64,000 bases of DNA from Trueperaceae bacterium (GCA_035703635.1 DASSXV010000010.1:48853-112852), one strand, 5' to 3'; positions 11,250 through 21,919 are shown, numbered from the stretch's first letter. Notes: a model not told the origin generated them from the letters alone. Made by a program: numbers and translations.

Positions 11250-11271
11250 GGTCTTGCCTTATCCTACCCAC

Positions 11272-11865
11272 ATGAAGATCTACACGCGCACGGGTGACGA
11301 CGGCAGCACCGGACTGTTCGGTGGCTCGCGAGTGGGGAAGGACGACGCCAGGGTTGAGGCGTACGGCACCGTTGACGAGGCCAACGCCGCGCTAGGTTTG
11401 GCCCGTGCCGAGTTGGCCAAGGAAGGCCCGGTAGAGCCTGAACTAGAAGCCGACCTCGCGCAGTTGCAGAGCCTGCTCTTCGACCTCGGCGCGGACCTCG
11501 CCACACCTGGCGGAAGCAAGACGCGCGACTTCATCCAACCGATCCAAGAGGCCGACGTGGACCACCTCGAGGCGCTGATCGATCATTATTCGGAGGAGTT
11601 GCCACCACTCACGCATTTCATCCTGCCTGGCGGCACCGCTGCCTCCGCCGCGTTGCAACTGACGCGCGCGGTGCTTAGGCGCGCCGAGCGCCACGCCGTC
11701 GCCCTCGCACGCCACGAAGACGTGGGTCACCACGTACTGCCGCTCCTCAACCGCCTGTCGGACTTGTTCTTCGTGCTGGCGCGCGTCGCGTGCGTCCGCG
11801 CCGGCGTGGCGGAGGTCGTGTGGGTGGCGCGCAAGCCGGAGCGCAAGCGCCGCCCAACCAGCTAG
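11272..11865 (+). CDS. PduO-type ATP:cob(I)alamin adenosyltransferase
   Basis: KIYTRTGDDGST, YGTVDE, FILPGG, RRAER, LNRLSD. Confidence 0.93.
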   Translation: MKIYTRTGDDGSTGLFGGSRVGKDDARVEAYGTVDEANAALGLARAELAKEGPVEPELEADLAQLQSLLFDLGADLATPGGSKTRDFIQPIQEADVDHLEALIDHYSEELPPLTHFILPGGTAASAALQLTRAVLRRAERHAVALARHEDVGHHVLPLLNRLSDLFFVLARVACVRAGVAEVVWVARKPERKRRPTS

Positions 11866-12932
11866 CGGGGCTGGCGGAGGTCAGTCACGCTGTTCAAGCC
11901 GCGACGGTCGAGCTCGGCGGAGATGCCCGTGAGGATCTCGCGTACGACCTCGGGCCCGCGGTAGATGAACGCCGTGTAGAGCTGCAGCAGGTCGGCGCCC
12001 GCTTCGAGCCTGGCGATGGCGTCCTGACTGCTCCAGATGCCGCCTACCGCCACGACGGGCAACGCCGTGCGCTCGCGGATCTGTTCGAGGACGCGCATGG
12101 CGCGGCCAGCTAGCGGCTTGCCAGATAACCCGCCCTCCTCTGACCGGTGTGCCGAAGTGAGGCCGTCACGCGCGAGGGTCGTGTTCGTCGCCACCAGGCC
12201 AGTGGCTCCGGCGCCACCAGCGGCGTCCACCAGGTCGGCGAGTTCGGCGCCGTCCAGGTCGGGGGCCAGCTTCACCAGCACGGGCTTGTGGCCAAGCGAC
12301 CCTCGAAGGTCGTTGACTACCCGTAGCAGCTCAACGAGGGGTTCCGTGCGTTGCAGCGTGCGCAGCCCCGGGGTGTTCGGGGACGAGACGTTCACCACGA
12401 GGTAATCGGCGACGTTCCACACGGCCGTGAGGCCCGCGCGGTAATCGTCGGCCGCACCGTCGATGCTCGCCGCTCGCGATTTGCCGACGTTGACGCCCAA
12501 GACCGCTCCGCTGGCGCCACGCCGTAGCGCCGCCAGCCGCTCCGCGATGGCCGTGGCGCCCGCGTTGTTGAAGCCCATGCGGTTGATGAGCGCCTCGTCC
12601 TCGATGAGGCGAAAGAGCCGCGGCCGCGGGTTGCCAGGCTGAGGTAGGGCGGTGACGCTCCCCAACTCGACCGCCCCGAAGCCCATGGCAGCTAGAGCGG
12701 GGAACGCCACCCCGTTCTTGTCCAGCCCGGCCGCCAAGCCAAGTGGGTTGGGGAAGCGCAACCCGAAGGCGTCGACCGCTAAGCGTGGGTCGCTAGCCGG
12801 TGCGAGGAGGCCAAGGAGCCGAGGCAAGGTGACGGTGCGACTAGCCAGCGCCAGGCCGGACATCACCAAGTGGTGGGCGCGCTCCGGTTCGAGTTCGAAC
12901 AGTGCGCGCTTGACTATGGGGTAGAAGTTCAC
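11862..12932 (-). CDS. pyrD: Quinone-dependent dihydroorotate dehydrogenase
   Basis: [39 protein letters not shown]. Confidence 0.95.
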   Translation of the reverse strand: MNFYPIVKRALFELEPERAHHLVMSGLALASRTVTLPRLLGLLAPASDPRLAVDAFGLRFPNPLGLAAGLDKNGVAFPALAAMGFGAVELGSVTALPQPGNPRPRLFRLIEDEALINRMGFNNAGATAIAERLAALRRGASGAVLGVNVGKSRAASIDGAADDYRAGLTAVWNVADYLVVNVSSPNTPGLRTLQRTEPLVELLRVVNDLRGSLGHKPVLVKLAPDLDGAELADLVDAAGGAGATGLVATNTTLARDGLTSAHRSEEGGLSGKPLAGRAMRVLEQIRERTALPVVAVGGIWSSQDAIARLEAGADLLQLYTAFIYRGPEVVREILTGISAELDRRGLNSVTDLRQPR

Positions 12933-13027
12933 TAGGTTCCTTTGGCAGCTGCGCGCCTGCGCGCTAGGCAGTTGAGTTTACCCGAGCGGCGTTCTAGGCG
13001 GCTTCTGGGCCGTGGTAACGTCCCTTG

Positions 13028-13849
13028 GTGCAAGAGCAGCTCTTCGAGTCGGAGTTCGAGCAGTTCCTGGTCGTCCAGGAACACTTCAACGGTACACTCG
13101 GCGAGCTCGCCCACGCGCTGCGCACCCACGAGCTGGCGCCCGCTCGCCTCGACCTTTACCACCTCGTCAGGGCGTACCTCGCTTACTTCGAACACCACGC
13201 GGCCGGGGACCTCGAGCTCGCTACCGAAGCGCTGCCGCGCGTGGCACAAGTCATCGAACTCAAGACGCGCCTGCTGCTCCCGAAGCCCCCGCGAGAAGCG
13301 GAGGAAGAAGAGGAGGAGGCGGTCGCTGCCGCCCTCGAGGCGGTCGCTCTGCTCGAGGAGTTGGAGGAGGCCATCCTCTTCCTGCGCAGGCGCCGGGAAG
13401 AGCGCCGCCTCGTCGTGCCAGCGCGCGCGCCCACCCCAATTTACCCGCGCAAGGAGCGCCCGCAGCGCGTCACCCCCCGCGACCTTGCGCGTATGGCTGG
13501 CAGGTACCGGGTGGGTGGTTACTTCGAGCTTGCCATCGAACGCTTGACGCTCGCAAGCATGGCGCGCTTCCTCCTCCAGGCCCTGAAGCGCGTGAGGCGC
13601 GGGCCGCTATGGGAACTGCTCGATGCGCGCGACTGGCCGACGCGCACTGTCGGCCTGGCGGCCGTGCTCGAGCTCGTGCGCGAGGGGCGCCTTGTCGCTA
13701 CGCAGGACGAACCGTTCAGCGAGATAGTGGTGACCGCCGCCAGTGGACGGGCAGCAGCGGATGCCGACGCCGCCAAGGACTTAGCTGGTGACGACTGGGC
13801 TGAGGACGAGTCCGACGCGGACGCGCTCACTAGCCAACCCGCAGCTTAG
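13028..13849 (+). CDS. scpA: Segregation/condensation protein A (kleisin)
   Basis: N-terminal FNGTLGEL, IELKTRLLLP, C-terminal AVLELVREG..QDEPFSEI; GTG 13028 is 6 nt after TAACGT (TTG 13025 is an alternative). Confidence 0.75.
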   Translation: MQEQLFESEFEQFLVVQEHFNGTLGELAHALRTHELAPARLDLYHLVRAYLAYFEHHAAGDLELATEALPRVAQVIELKTRLLLPKPPREAEEEEEEAVAAALEAVALLEELEEAILFLRRRREERRLVVPARAPTPIYPRKERPQRVTPRDLARMAGRYRVGGYFELAIERLTLASMARFLLQALKRVRRGPLWELLDARDWPTRTVGLAAVLELVREGRLVATQDEPFSEIVVTAASGRAAADADAAKDLAGDDWAEDESDADALTSQPAA

Positions 13850-14697
13850 AACTCCAGGGTTCCCTCTTCAGCTAACCGCCGCGCCATCATCTCGCCTACC
13901 GCCACGGCGGATGTCGGCTCCGCGCCGTCCTCCATGCTCCACACGGCAGAGAGGCCAGCCCACGCGAGGGCCCAACGCCGTTGCCGTGCGAGGTCGAGAC
14001 CAGCTGCCGCCGCCGATATCGCCAGTTGCCGCTCGACCAGTTCTTGCTCGGGCGGCACGACCACGTCGCGGTCGAAGAGGTGGTGTACGTGGTCGAAGCC
14101 GCGCTCGCCGTAGAGTCCCTTCGGGTCGATCGCCAACCAGCCGCGCTCCTCACCGAAGTCGAGGACGTTCTCATGATGCAAGTCGCCGTGCAGCACGACC
14201 TCGTCCTGCGGAGCGGCCAGCAGTTCGCGCGCAGCGGCTGCACTGGCGCGGAACACGCCCCCGAGGCGCTCCGCGGCTGGCCATAGGTCGCGGAACCAGC
14301 GCTCTAGCGTCACTAGCCGTGGCGGAGGGGCAGCAGTGCGCCCGAAGTGCAGCGTAGCGGCAGTGTCGGCGAGGATGCGAGTCGCCCCTTCGTCGTCGCC
14401 GCTTTCGACCATGCGTAACAGCGAGCGCTTACCCTCTGCCCGCTCCAGCACGAGCGCGCCCGTCCCCTCGTCCCATGCGAACACGGTCGCCGCACCCTCG
14501 CCTGCCCACCACGCCATGACCCGGCTGCCACTGCGCTCCTCGTGGCTGCTCGGGACCTTGAGCATCGCGGGCGCGCCTGCCGCCAGGCGCACTGGCAGGA
14601 GGAGGCTACGGGTGTAGCTCGTGAAAGGCGCCCCGTCTGGCACGAGAGCCCAGGCGTCAAGGTACTCACGGAAACCTTCGAGTGCAGGGTCGTTCAT
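13846..14697 (-). CDS. APH(6)/StrB-like aminoglycoside/hydroxyurea kinase family protein
   Basis: LHGDLHHENVL and WLAIDPKGLYGERGFD motifs. Confidence 0.85.
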   Translation of the reverse strand: MNDPALEGFREYLDAWALVPDGAPFTSYTRSLLLPVRLAAGAPAMLKVPSSHEERSGSRVMAWWAGEGAATVFAWDEGTGALVLERAEGKRSLLRMVESGDDEGATRILADTAATLHFGRTAAPPPRLVTLERWFRDLWPAAERLGGVFRASAAAARELLAAPQDEVVLHGDLHHENVLDFGEERGWLAIDPKGLYGERGFDHVHHLFDRDVVVPPEQELVERQLAISAAAAGLDLARQRRWALAWAGLSAVWSMEDGAEPTSAVAVGEMMARRLAEEGTLEF

Positions 14698-14777
14698 GCC
14701 GTGGAGCGAATGGTAACCGACGCGGGCGCCGCCGACTCGAATGGTCGGCGGCGCCCGCGAAGAGCGTTCCGCGTGGC

Positions 14778-16583
<1,806 letters not shown>

Positions 16584-16804
16584 GAACTCTCCGGGGTATC
16601 GCGCGTAGGGAGCTAGGTACACGCGTAACGGGAGAGTATAGCGGAAGGGACAGCTTTTCGTGCGCCAGCTTGTTACGTGGCCGGCGGCCGCGTTGTCGGG
16701 CAACACCTTGCACCGCGGTTGCTTGGTAGCTTCTGGCACGGGCGGAGCCAAGTTCCGCAGTCCGGTGAGACCGGCAGATCGACCAGCTTTTACAAGGAGC
16801 CACC

Positions 16805-17104
16805 ATGTCTGAGAAGACCACAGCGCCGCAGGCGAACATCACGCTCTACACCACTAGTTGGTGCGGCGACTGCCATGCCCTCAAGCGTTTCCTCGACGCC
16901 AAGGGTCTCGTGTACCTGGAAGTGAACATCGAGGAGGACGCGGTAGCAGCCGAGCTCGTCATGCGCGTCAACGACGGCAGGCGCAGCGTGCCGACGGTGG
17001 TGGCTGGCGACGTGGTCGAGAGCCTCTCGAACTTCTCACCGATGAAGGCGAACGCCTTCCTAGCGCGTGCCGGAATGGTCGGCGCCTCGGCTTCTGCCAG
17101 CTGA
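16805..17104 (+). CDS. Glutaredoxin/mycoredoxin-like protein
   Basis: WCGDC active site, RSVPT cis-Pro motif, AAGGAG RBS. Confidence 0.85.
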   Translation: MSEKTTAPQANITLYTTSWCGDCHALKRFLDAKGLVYLEVNIEEDAVAAELVMRVNDGRRSVPTVVAGDVVESLSNFSPMKANAFLARAGMVGASASAS

Positions 17105-17203
17105 TTCGGGCCGCTGGTCGGGCGCTTGCCGCTGCCGACCGACCGCGTCCATGCGTCGCCGTAGCGCTGCTTGTGCCGCATGGCACATGGTAGTCTCGCC
17201 CGC

Positions 17204-17971
17204 ATGACAGACCTCGGGGCGGGGCCAGACCCCCGTCGAGACGGTGACCGCGCGACGCGTGTGCAAGCCATGTTCTCCGACATCGCGCCGACCTACGACC
17301 TGTTGAACGGCGTCCTGTCACTCGGGGTGGATCGCCGCTGGCGTGCCCAAGCAGCGCACGCCGCTCTCGCCAACGTGCCGGTAGGCGGAAGCGCCGTGCT
17401 AGACGTTGCGACTGGCACAGGTGACCTGGCCTTCACGATCAAGGGCCAGCGGCCGGACGTGAGAGTGGTCGGGGCCGACTTCGCGGCGCCGATGCTCGAG
17501 TTGGCCCGCGGCAAGGCCGCCAAGCGCGGTGTCGCCATCGAGTTCGTGCAGGCGGACGGCACGGCGTTGCCGTACCCAGACGGGTCGTTCGACGCCGTCA
17601 CCATCGCGTACGGCCTGCGCAACTTCGCAGACCCGGACGCCGGGCTGCGGGAGTTCAGGCGCGTACTCAAGCCCTGCGGGCGTTTGGTGATACTCGAGTT
17701 CCCCCCGCCTCCCGTTGGCTTCTTCGGGGCGATCTTCCGCTTCTACTTCACGCGCGTGCTGCCAAGACTTGGCGGCATCGTGTCCGGCGCACCTGGCGCC
17801 TACGCCTACTTGCCGGAGTCAGTGCTCGCCTTCTTCACTCCCGCAGCGCTCGAAGTGCGCCTCCGCGCAGCCGGGTTCGCAGCGGTAGAGTACCGGCTAC
17901 AGACTTTCGGGATCTCGGCGCTCCACGTGGCGGACGCCAGTTCATCACGGTCGGAGAGTGACAATGACTGA
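17204..17971 (+). CDS. menG: Demethylmenaquinone methyltransferase (UbiE/MenG family)
   Basis: MFSDIAPTYDLLN, VLDVATGTGD, YGLRN, YAYLPESV. Confidence 0.9.
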   Translation: MTDLGAGPDPRRDGDRATRVQAMFSDIAPTYDLLNGVLSLGVDRRWRAQAAHAALANVPVGGSAVLDVATGTGDLAFTIKGQRPDVRVVGADFAAPMLELARGKAAKRGVAIEFVQADGTALPYPDGSFDAVTIAYGLRNFADPDAGLREFRRVLKPCGRLVILEFPPPPVGFFGAIFRFYFTRVLPRLGGIVSGAPGAYAYLPESVLAFFTPAALEVRLRAAGFAAVEYRLQTFGISALHVADASSSRSESDND

Positions 17972-18644
17972 CGAGTTCGAACTTAGCCACGAAACCGACC
18001 AGCGCGCCGCCTTCACCCCCGCAATGGAGGGCTTGACGCAGCGCGCCGTGACGCCTTACGTGACGACCGACTTGGGGTTCGAGATCAATACGGACTCCTC
18101 GTTGTTCGACGCCACCTTCGAAGAGGGCAACGACGGCCATGACAGGCGCTTCGGCCTGGCCATCGACCACCTCAAGGGAACCGTCAAGGGGCGCGCGTAC
18201 GACAACGACGTCATGCGCCTGCGCGTCGGTCCAGGCGGTTACTACGCGCAGTCGCAACGCTTCCCGGCCGCGTTCTTCGGCGATACGGCGCGCGCCAAAG
18301 TGAGTTTCGTGAGCGAGGCGGAAGCCGCCGCCGTCGTGTGGGAGGCAGTCGCGCACTACCGTTCGGAGGAGGCGCGCTCCCTGCTGTGCGTCTACTCCGA
18401 CGACGACGCGCCCGACTTCTTCCTCGGTTACCGCGTTAGCGACGACCACCGCTACGAGATCGGCAACCTCTCGCGCGCGGTGCCCCTGCACATGCGGGTG
18501 TTGTTCGACGCTGCAGAGGACGTGTCACTCGTCGGTGCGCCGTCAGGCACGGTCATCTACCAGCGCACGCGCACGGGCAAGCACGTCGTGGTCAAGGCGG
18601 CGGGCCGCCGTCGCCCCCTCCTCGTCGGCTACGGCCAGCACTGA
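17964..18644 (+). CDS. Hypothetical cytoplasmic protein
   Basis: GGAG RBS, overlaps menG stop, fills the gap to the next gene; no motif recognised. Confidence 0.7.
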   Translation: MTDEFELSHETDQRAAFTPAMEGLTQRAVTPYVTTDLGFEINTDSSLFDATFEEGNDGHDRRFGLAIDHLKGTVKGRAYDNDVMRLRVGPGGYYAQSQRFPAAFFGDTARAKVSFVSEAEAAAVVWEAVAHYRSEEARSLLCVYSDDDAPDFFLGYRVSDDHRYEIGNLSRAVPLHMRVLFDAAEDVSLVGAPSGTVIYQRTRTGKHVVVKAAGRRRPLLVGYGQH

Positions 18645-18659
18645 CCTGAAGGCGCCGAC

Positions 18660-19379
18660 TTGAAGCACGACCTCATCGTGGTTGGTGGCGGCATCGCAGG
18701 GTGCGAAGCCGCCTACGCTAGCGCGCGCGCCGGGGTACGCACGCTGCTCGTCACCACTAGCCTTGACACTCTCTACGCCCTGGCTCACGACAACTACGAC
18801 CTGAACGCTCCAAGCGGCAGCCTCATGGCGGCGTGCACGACGACGCTAGAGGCGACGAACGTCAACGCCGTGGCGTTGCGGCGCGAAGCCAAGCGCCTGC
18901 TCGAAGCCGAAACGGATCTCCACCTGCTGCAGTCGACGACCTCCGAGTTGCTGCTCGCGGGCGACGCGGTGATCGGCATAAGCACCTGGGAGGGCGTCGA
19001 CCGCTTGAGCGGGCGCGTTGCGCTCTGCGTAGGTAGTTTCCTCAACGCCAGGCTAAGGGTCGGCACTAGCGAGGAGCACGCTGGCCGCCTGAGCGAGATG
19101 GCGTACGACGACCTCTATCACGACTTAGTAGGGCACGGCTTCCTGTTCGAAACTGCGCAGCTGCGGGTCGACGGGTTGAGTGGCGGGCTGCCTTACACGG
19201 TCGACTGCGCGGTGCTCAGCCAAGGGGAGTGGACGCAGCGCGGCTCTCGCCTAGCCCGCTTCGCGGGGCTGTACGCTGCAGGCGCCTGCGTTGGGCGCTT
19301 CGGTTACGTTAGCGCCGCGCAGGACGGGATGGCGTTGGCCGCAAGCGTCGTCGAGGACCTCGGCACCCCGCCGGCTTGA
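18660..19379 (+). CDS. Short GidA-related FAD-binding protein
   Basis: DLIVVGGGIAGCEAA, ALCVGSFL, GLYAAG; only 239 aa, so it lacks the MnmG insertion and C-terminal domains. Confidence 0.8.
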   Translation: MKHDLIVVGGGIAGCEAAYASARAGVRTLLVTTSLDTLYALAHDNYDLNAPSGSLMAACTTTLEATNVNAVALRREAKRLLEAETDLHLLQSTTSELLLAGDAVIGISTWEGVDRLSGRVALCVGSFLNARLRVGTSEEHAGRLSEMAYDDLYHDLVGHGFLFETAQLRVDGLSGGLPYTVDCAVLSQGEWTQRGSRLARFAGLYAAGACVGRFGYVSAAQDGMALAASVVEDLGTPPA

Positions 19380-19405
19380 CGGCGCTCGAAGCGCGCGCTG
19401 GCGAC

Positions 19406-19639
19406 TCAGTGGTGCTTGGCGGTGGTGGGGGCGCTGCCGGTGATCCTCGTGGTGTCGTTGATTGGGCGCGTATAGCGCTCCATCTTCGTCAGCTCAGACG
19501 CCGCCGCCCAGACTACCCGCGCGCCCTCCGGGGTAGTGGCCAACAGGCGGAACTGGTAAGGCGGACGGGGCGACGAGGTGCTGATGACATAGCGCTCGCC
19601 CTGGTAGAGGACCTCTTCACCTGTGCTGAAGGTAGCCAT
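19406..19639 (-). CDS. Small hypothetical protein (77 aa)
   Basis: Fills the gap between genes; minus-strand TAGGCT (19651-19646) 6 nt before ATG; protein-like composition. Confidence 0.62.
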   Translation of the reverse strand: MATFSTGEEVLYQGERYVISTSSPRPPYQFRLLATTPEGARVVWAAASELTKMERYTRPINDTTRITGSAPTTAKHH

Positions 19640-19695
19640 GCCCTAAGCCTACCCTTGGTGCCGACCTAGCGCAGGGGCTTACGGCCCGTGGTCGG

Positions 19696-20532
19696 CTAAC
19701 TCGCCGCGAAGATGGGTTCGCGCAGGACGGGGAAGAGGCCCCGAGCGCGGCCGCGCTCGAGCAACTGGCGCACGGCCCGCTCACCTTCTTCTCCGACGTC
19801 ACGCGAGAAGGCGTTGACGTAAAGGTCGATGTGCTTCTGACGCACGTCGGGCGCCATCTCTTGAGCATTGACGGCGATGTACTCCCGCGACGCTTGTGGG
19901 TCGCTCCAAGCGTGCTCGAGGCTGGCTGTTATGAGCGACGTCAGACGCGCGTGCATGCCGGCTCCAAGCGTGCGCTTGGCGACGATGGCGCCCAGCGGCA
20001 CGAGCCCACCGACCTCCGATTCCCACCAGGACCCAAGGTCGACGAGTGCGTGCAGCCCATGAGCCTGATAGGTGAAGCGGCTTTCGTGGATTATCAGTCC
20101 AGCGTCGACGTCGCCCGCCACTACGGCCGGCATGATGGCGTCGTAACGCAGTTCAGTCAGCTCGAGGCCCTCTGGGCGCCATAGTTCGAGCAGTAGCTTG
20201 GCGGTCGTGCGCCCGCCCGGCACGGCGACGCGCTTACCGCGCAGGTCGAGCTCGGGAGTGGCGGCGACGAGCAACGGCCCTACGCCGCGCCCCAACGCCC
20301 CGCCGCTACGTAACAGCACGTAGTCTGAGGCGATGTAGCCGTAGGCGTGATAGCTCACCTTGGCGACGTCAAGCAGTCCGCCCGCCGTGGCCCGGTTCAT
20401 GGCCTCGACGTCATCGAGCGCCACGTCGAACTCTAGGTCGTCAGCGCCTGCCACGAGGCCGTGAGTCAGCGCGTGGAAGATGAAAGTGTCGTTCGGGCAT
20501 GGCGAGTAGCCAAGGGAGAGGCGGGTGCTCAC
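19696..20532 (-). CDS. mqnD: 1,4-dihydroxy-6-naphthoate synthase
   Basis: GYSPCPNDTF, DVAKVS, GALGRGVGP, IHESRFTY, HIDLYVN. Confidence 0.93.
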   Translation of the reverse strand: MSTRLSLGYSPCPNDTFIFHALTHGLVAGADDLEFDVALDDVEAMNRATAGGLLDVAKVSYHAYGYIASDYVLLRSGGALGRGVGPLLVAATPELDLRGKRVAVPGGRTTAKLLLELWRPEGLELTELRYDAIMPAVVAGDVDAGLIIHESRFTYQAHGLHALVDLGSWWESEVGGLVPLGAIVAKRTLGAGMHARLTSLITASLEHAWSDPQASREYIAVNAQEMAPDVRQKHIDLYVNAFSRDVGEEGERAVRQLLERGRARGLFPVLREPIFAAS

Positions 20533-20534
20533 TC

Positions 20535-20981
20535 CTAGTCTTCCACCGCGCGCGCCGCGCTACCACCGAGCAACCTGGCATGCTCGACCTTGATGCACTT
20601 GTCCTGCACGACGCTGATGCCCGCGGCCTCGAGCTGCGCCGCGGCCTCGTCGTTGCGGATACCCAACTGGAACCACACGACCTTAGGGAGCGGGTTCATG
20701 GCGAGGATGTCTGGCAGGTGCGGCGGGATGTCGGCCGGGCGCCGGAAGACGTCGACGAGGTCGACCGGAGCGCCGATCTCCGCGAGGGTCGCCGTTACCG
20801 CCTCGCCGAACAACTCCCCGCCAGCAGCGGCCGGGTTCACTGGCAGCACCGTGTAGCCGTGGTTCACTAAGTAGGCAGGGACGTAGTGAGCGGGCTTCTC
20901 GCTGTTCGTGCTCGCGCCAAGCACGGCGATGGTCTTGGCGCCCTTCAGGGCGTCACGCAGTTGCTCGTCCGTCTGTTCCAT
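20535..20981 (-). CDS. CoA-binding protein (YccU-like)
   Basis: IAVLGAS, PVNP, DLVDVFR, WFQLGI, VVQDKCIKVEH. Confidence 0.9.
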   Translation of the reverse strand: MEQTDEQLRDALKGAKTIAVLGASTNSEKPAHYVPAYLVNHGYTVLPVNPAAAGGELFGEAVTATLAEIGAPVDLVDVFRRPADIPPHLPDILAMNPLPKVVWFQLGIRNDEAAAQLEAAGISVVQDKCIKVEHARLLGGSAARAVED

Positions 20982-21120
20982 GCGCTCAATCTATCCCCAG
21001 AACCCACCACGGCGCCGTATCGCTGAGGCTACCGTTCGCTCCCGGGCGAGCGGGCGCCCATGCCATGCGGCCGCGCCGGGGTGTGGTGGCACGCCGAACG
21101 CTTCGGCGGCGCGGGTGGCG

Positions 21121-21150
21121 TTGTAAGGTGGCGTACCGCTCTGCTACAAT
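21121..21150 (+). promoter_or_regulatory. Sigma70-type promoter of infC
   Basis: TTGTAA (21121-21126), 18 bp spacer, TG-extended TACAAT (21145-21150). Confidence 0.6.
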
Positions 21151-21247
21151 CGAGCGCTGTGTGCGACATTGGCGAGGGGTCTCGCAAGGCAACGGCCAAG
21201 AGCCCTTCGACCGGTCGGCACGACAACTCACCCAGGAGGTGGAGTCC

Positions 21248-21772
21248 ATTTCGAAAGAGCTGAAAGTGAACGAGCAGATCCGCGTACGCCAAGTGCGCCT
21301 CATCGGGTCAGACGGCCAGCAGGTGGGAATCGTCGAGACTCGTGACGCGTTGCGCATGGCGCGCGAGGAAGACCTCGATCTCGTAATGGTGGGTGAAGCC
21401 GCGCAGCCCCCGGTCGCTAAACTGATGGACTACGGTAAGTACCGTTTCGAACTCCAACAGCAGACCAAGGACGCGCGTCGCCGTTCACGCCAACATGAGA
21501 TGAAGTCGATCAAGTTTCGCGTCAAGATCGACGATCACGATTACGAGACCAAGGTCAACCACATCCGCCGTTTCCTCAAGGGCGGTCACAAAGTGAAAGT
21601 GACCATCATGTTCCGCGGTCGTGAGCGCACCCACCCAGAGCTGGGTCAGGGCATCCTCAACCGCGTAGCCGCCGACGTCAACGAGCTTGCCGTCGTCGAC
21701 GCCGCCCCGGTCATCGCCGGGATGGACATGAACATGATCCTGCGCCCGGCAGGAGTGACGGTGGAGAGCTGA
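21248..21772 (+). CDS. infC: Translation initiation factor IF-3 (ATT start)
   Basis: NEQIR..VRLI, PPVAKLMDYGKY, KVKVTIMFRGRE; SD AGGAGGT followed by ATT at 21248. Confidence 0.95.
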   Translation: MSKELKVNEQIRVRQVRLIGSDGQQVGIVETRDALRMAREEDLDLVMVGEAAQPPVAKLMDYGKYRFELQQQTKDARRRSRQHEMKSIKFRVKIDDHDYETKVNHIRRFLKGGHKVKVTIMFRGRERTHPELGQGILNRVAADVNELAVVDAAPVIAGMDMNMILRPAGVTVES

Positions 21773-21919
21773 CGCTCTGCCTGCTCACGAGTAAGCCCCG
21801 AGAGTGGCGGACTTCCGAGCTAAAGTAGTAACCTTCTTGGGCGCAAGCGCCCAAGTGGGCGCCAAGGCGTGTACGGCCCAAGGCCGCGCACGTACGCAAG
21901 TACTAGGAGAGATAAGAGC

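Noticed and set aside
18660..19379. Truncated mnmG/gidA pseudogene
   Set aside because: The ORF keeps both N- and C-terminal halves of the FAD domain in one frame, consistent with a distinct short family rather than decay
21065..21247. 61-aa N-terminal extension of IF3 in the ORF track (similar extensions for typA, dgt, truD, rnhB, the PrcB-like, VWA and barrel genes)
   Set aside because: The extensions run through promoters or neighbouring genes; RBS or -10 positions support the shorter starts
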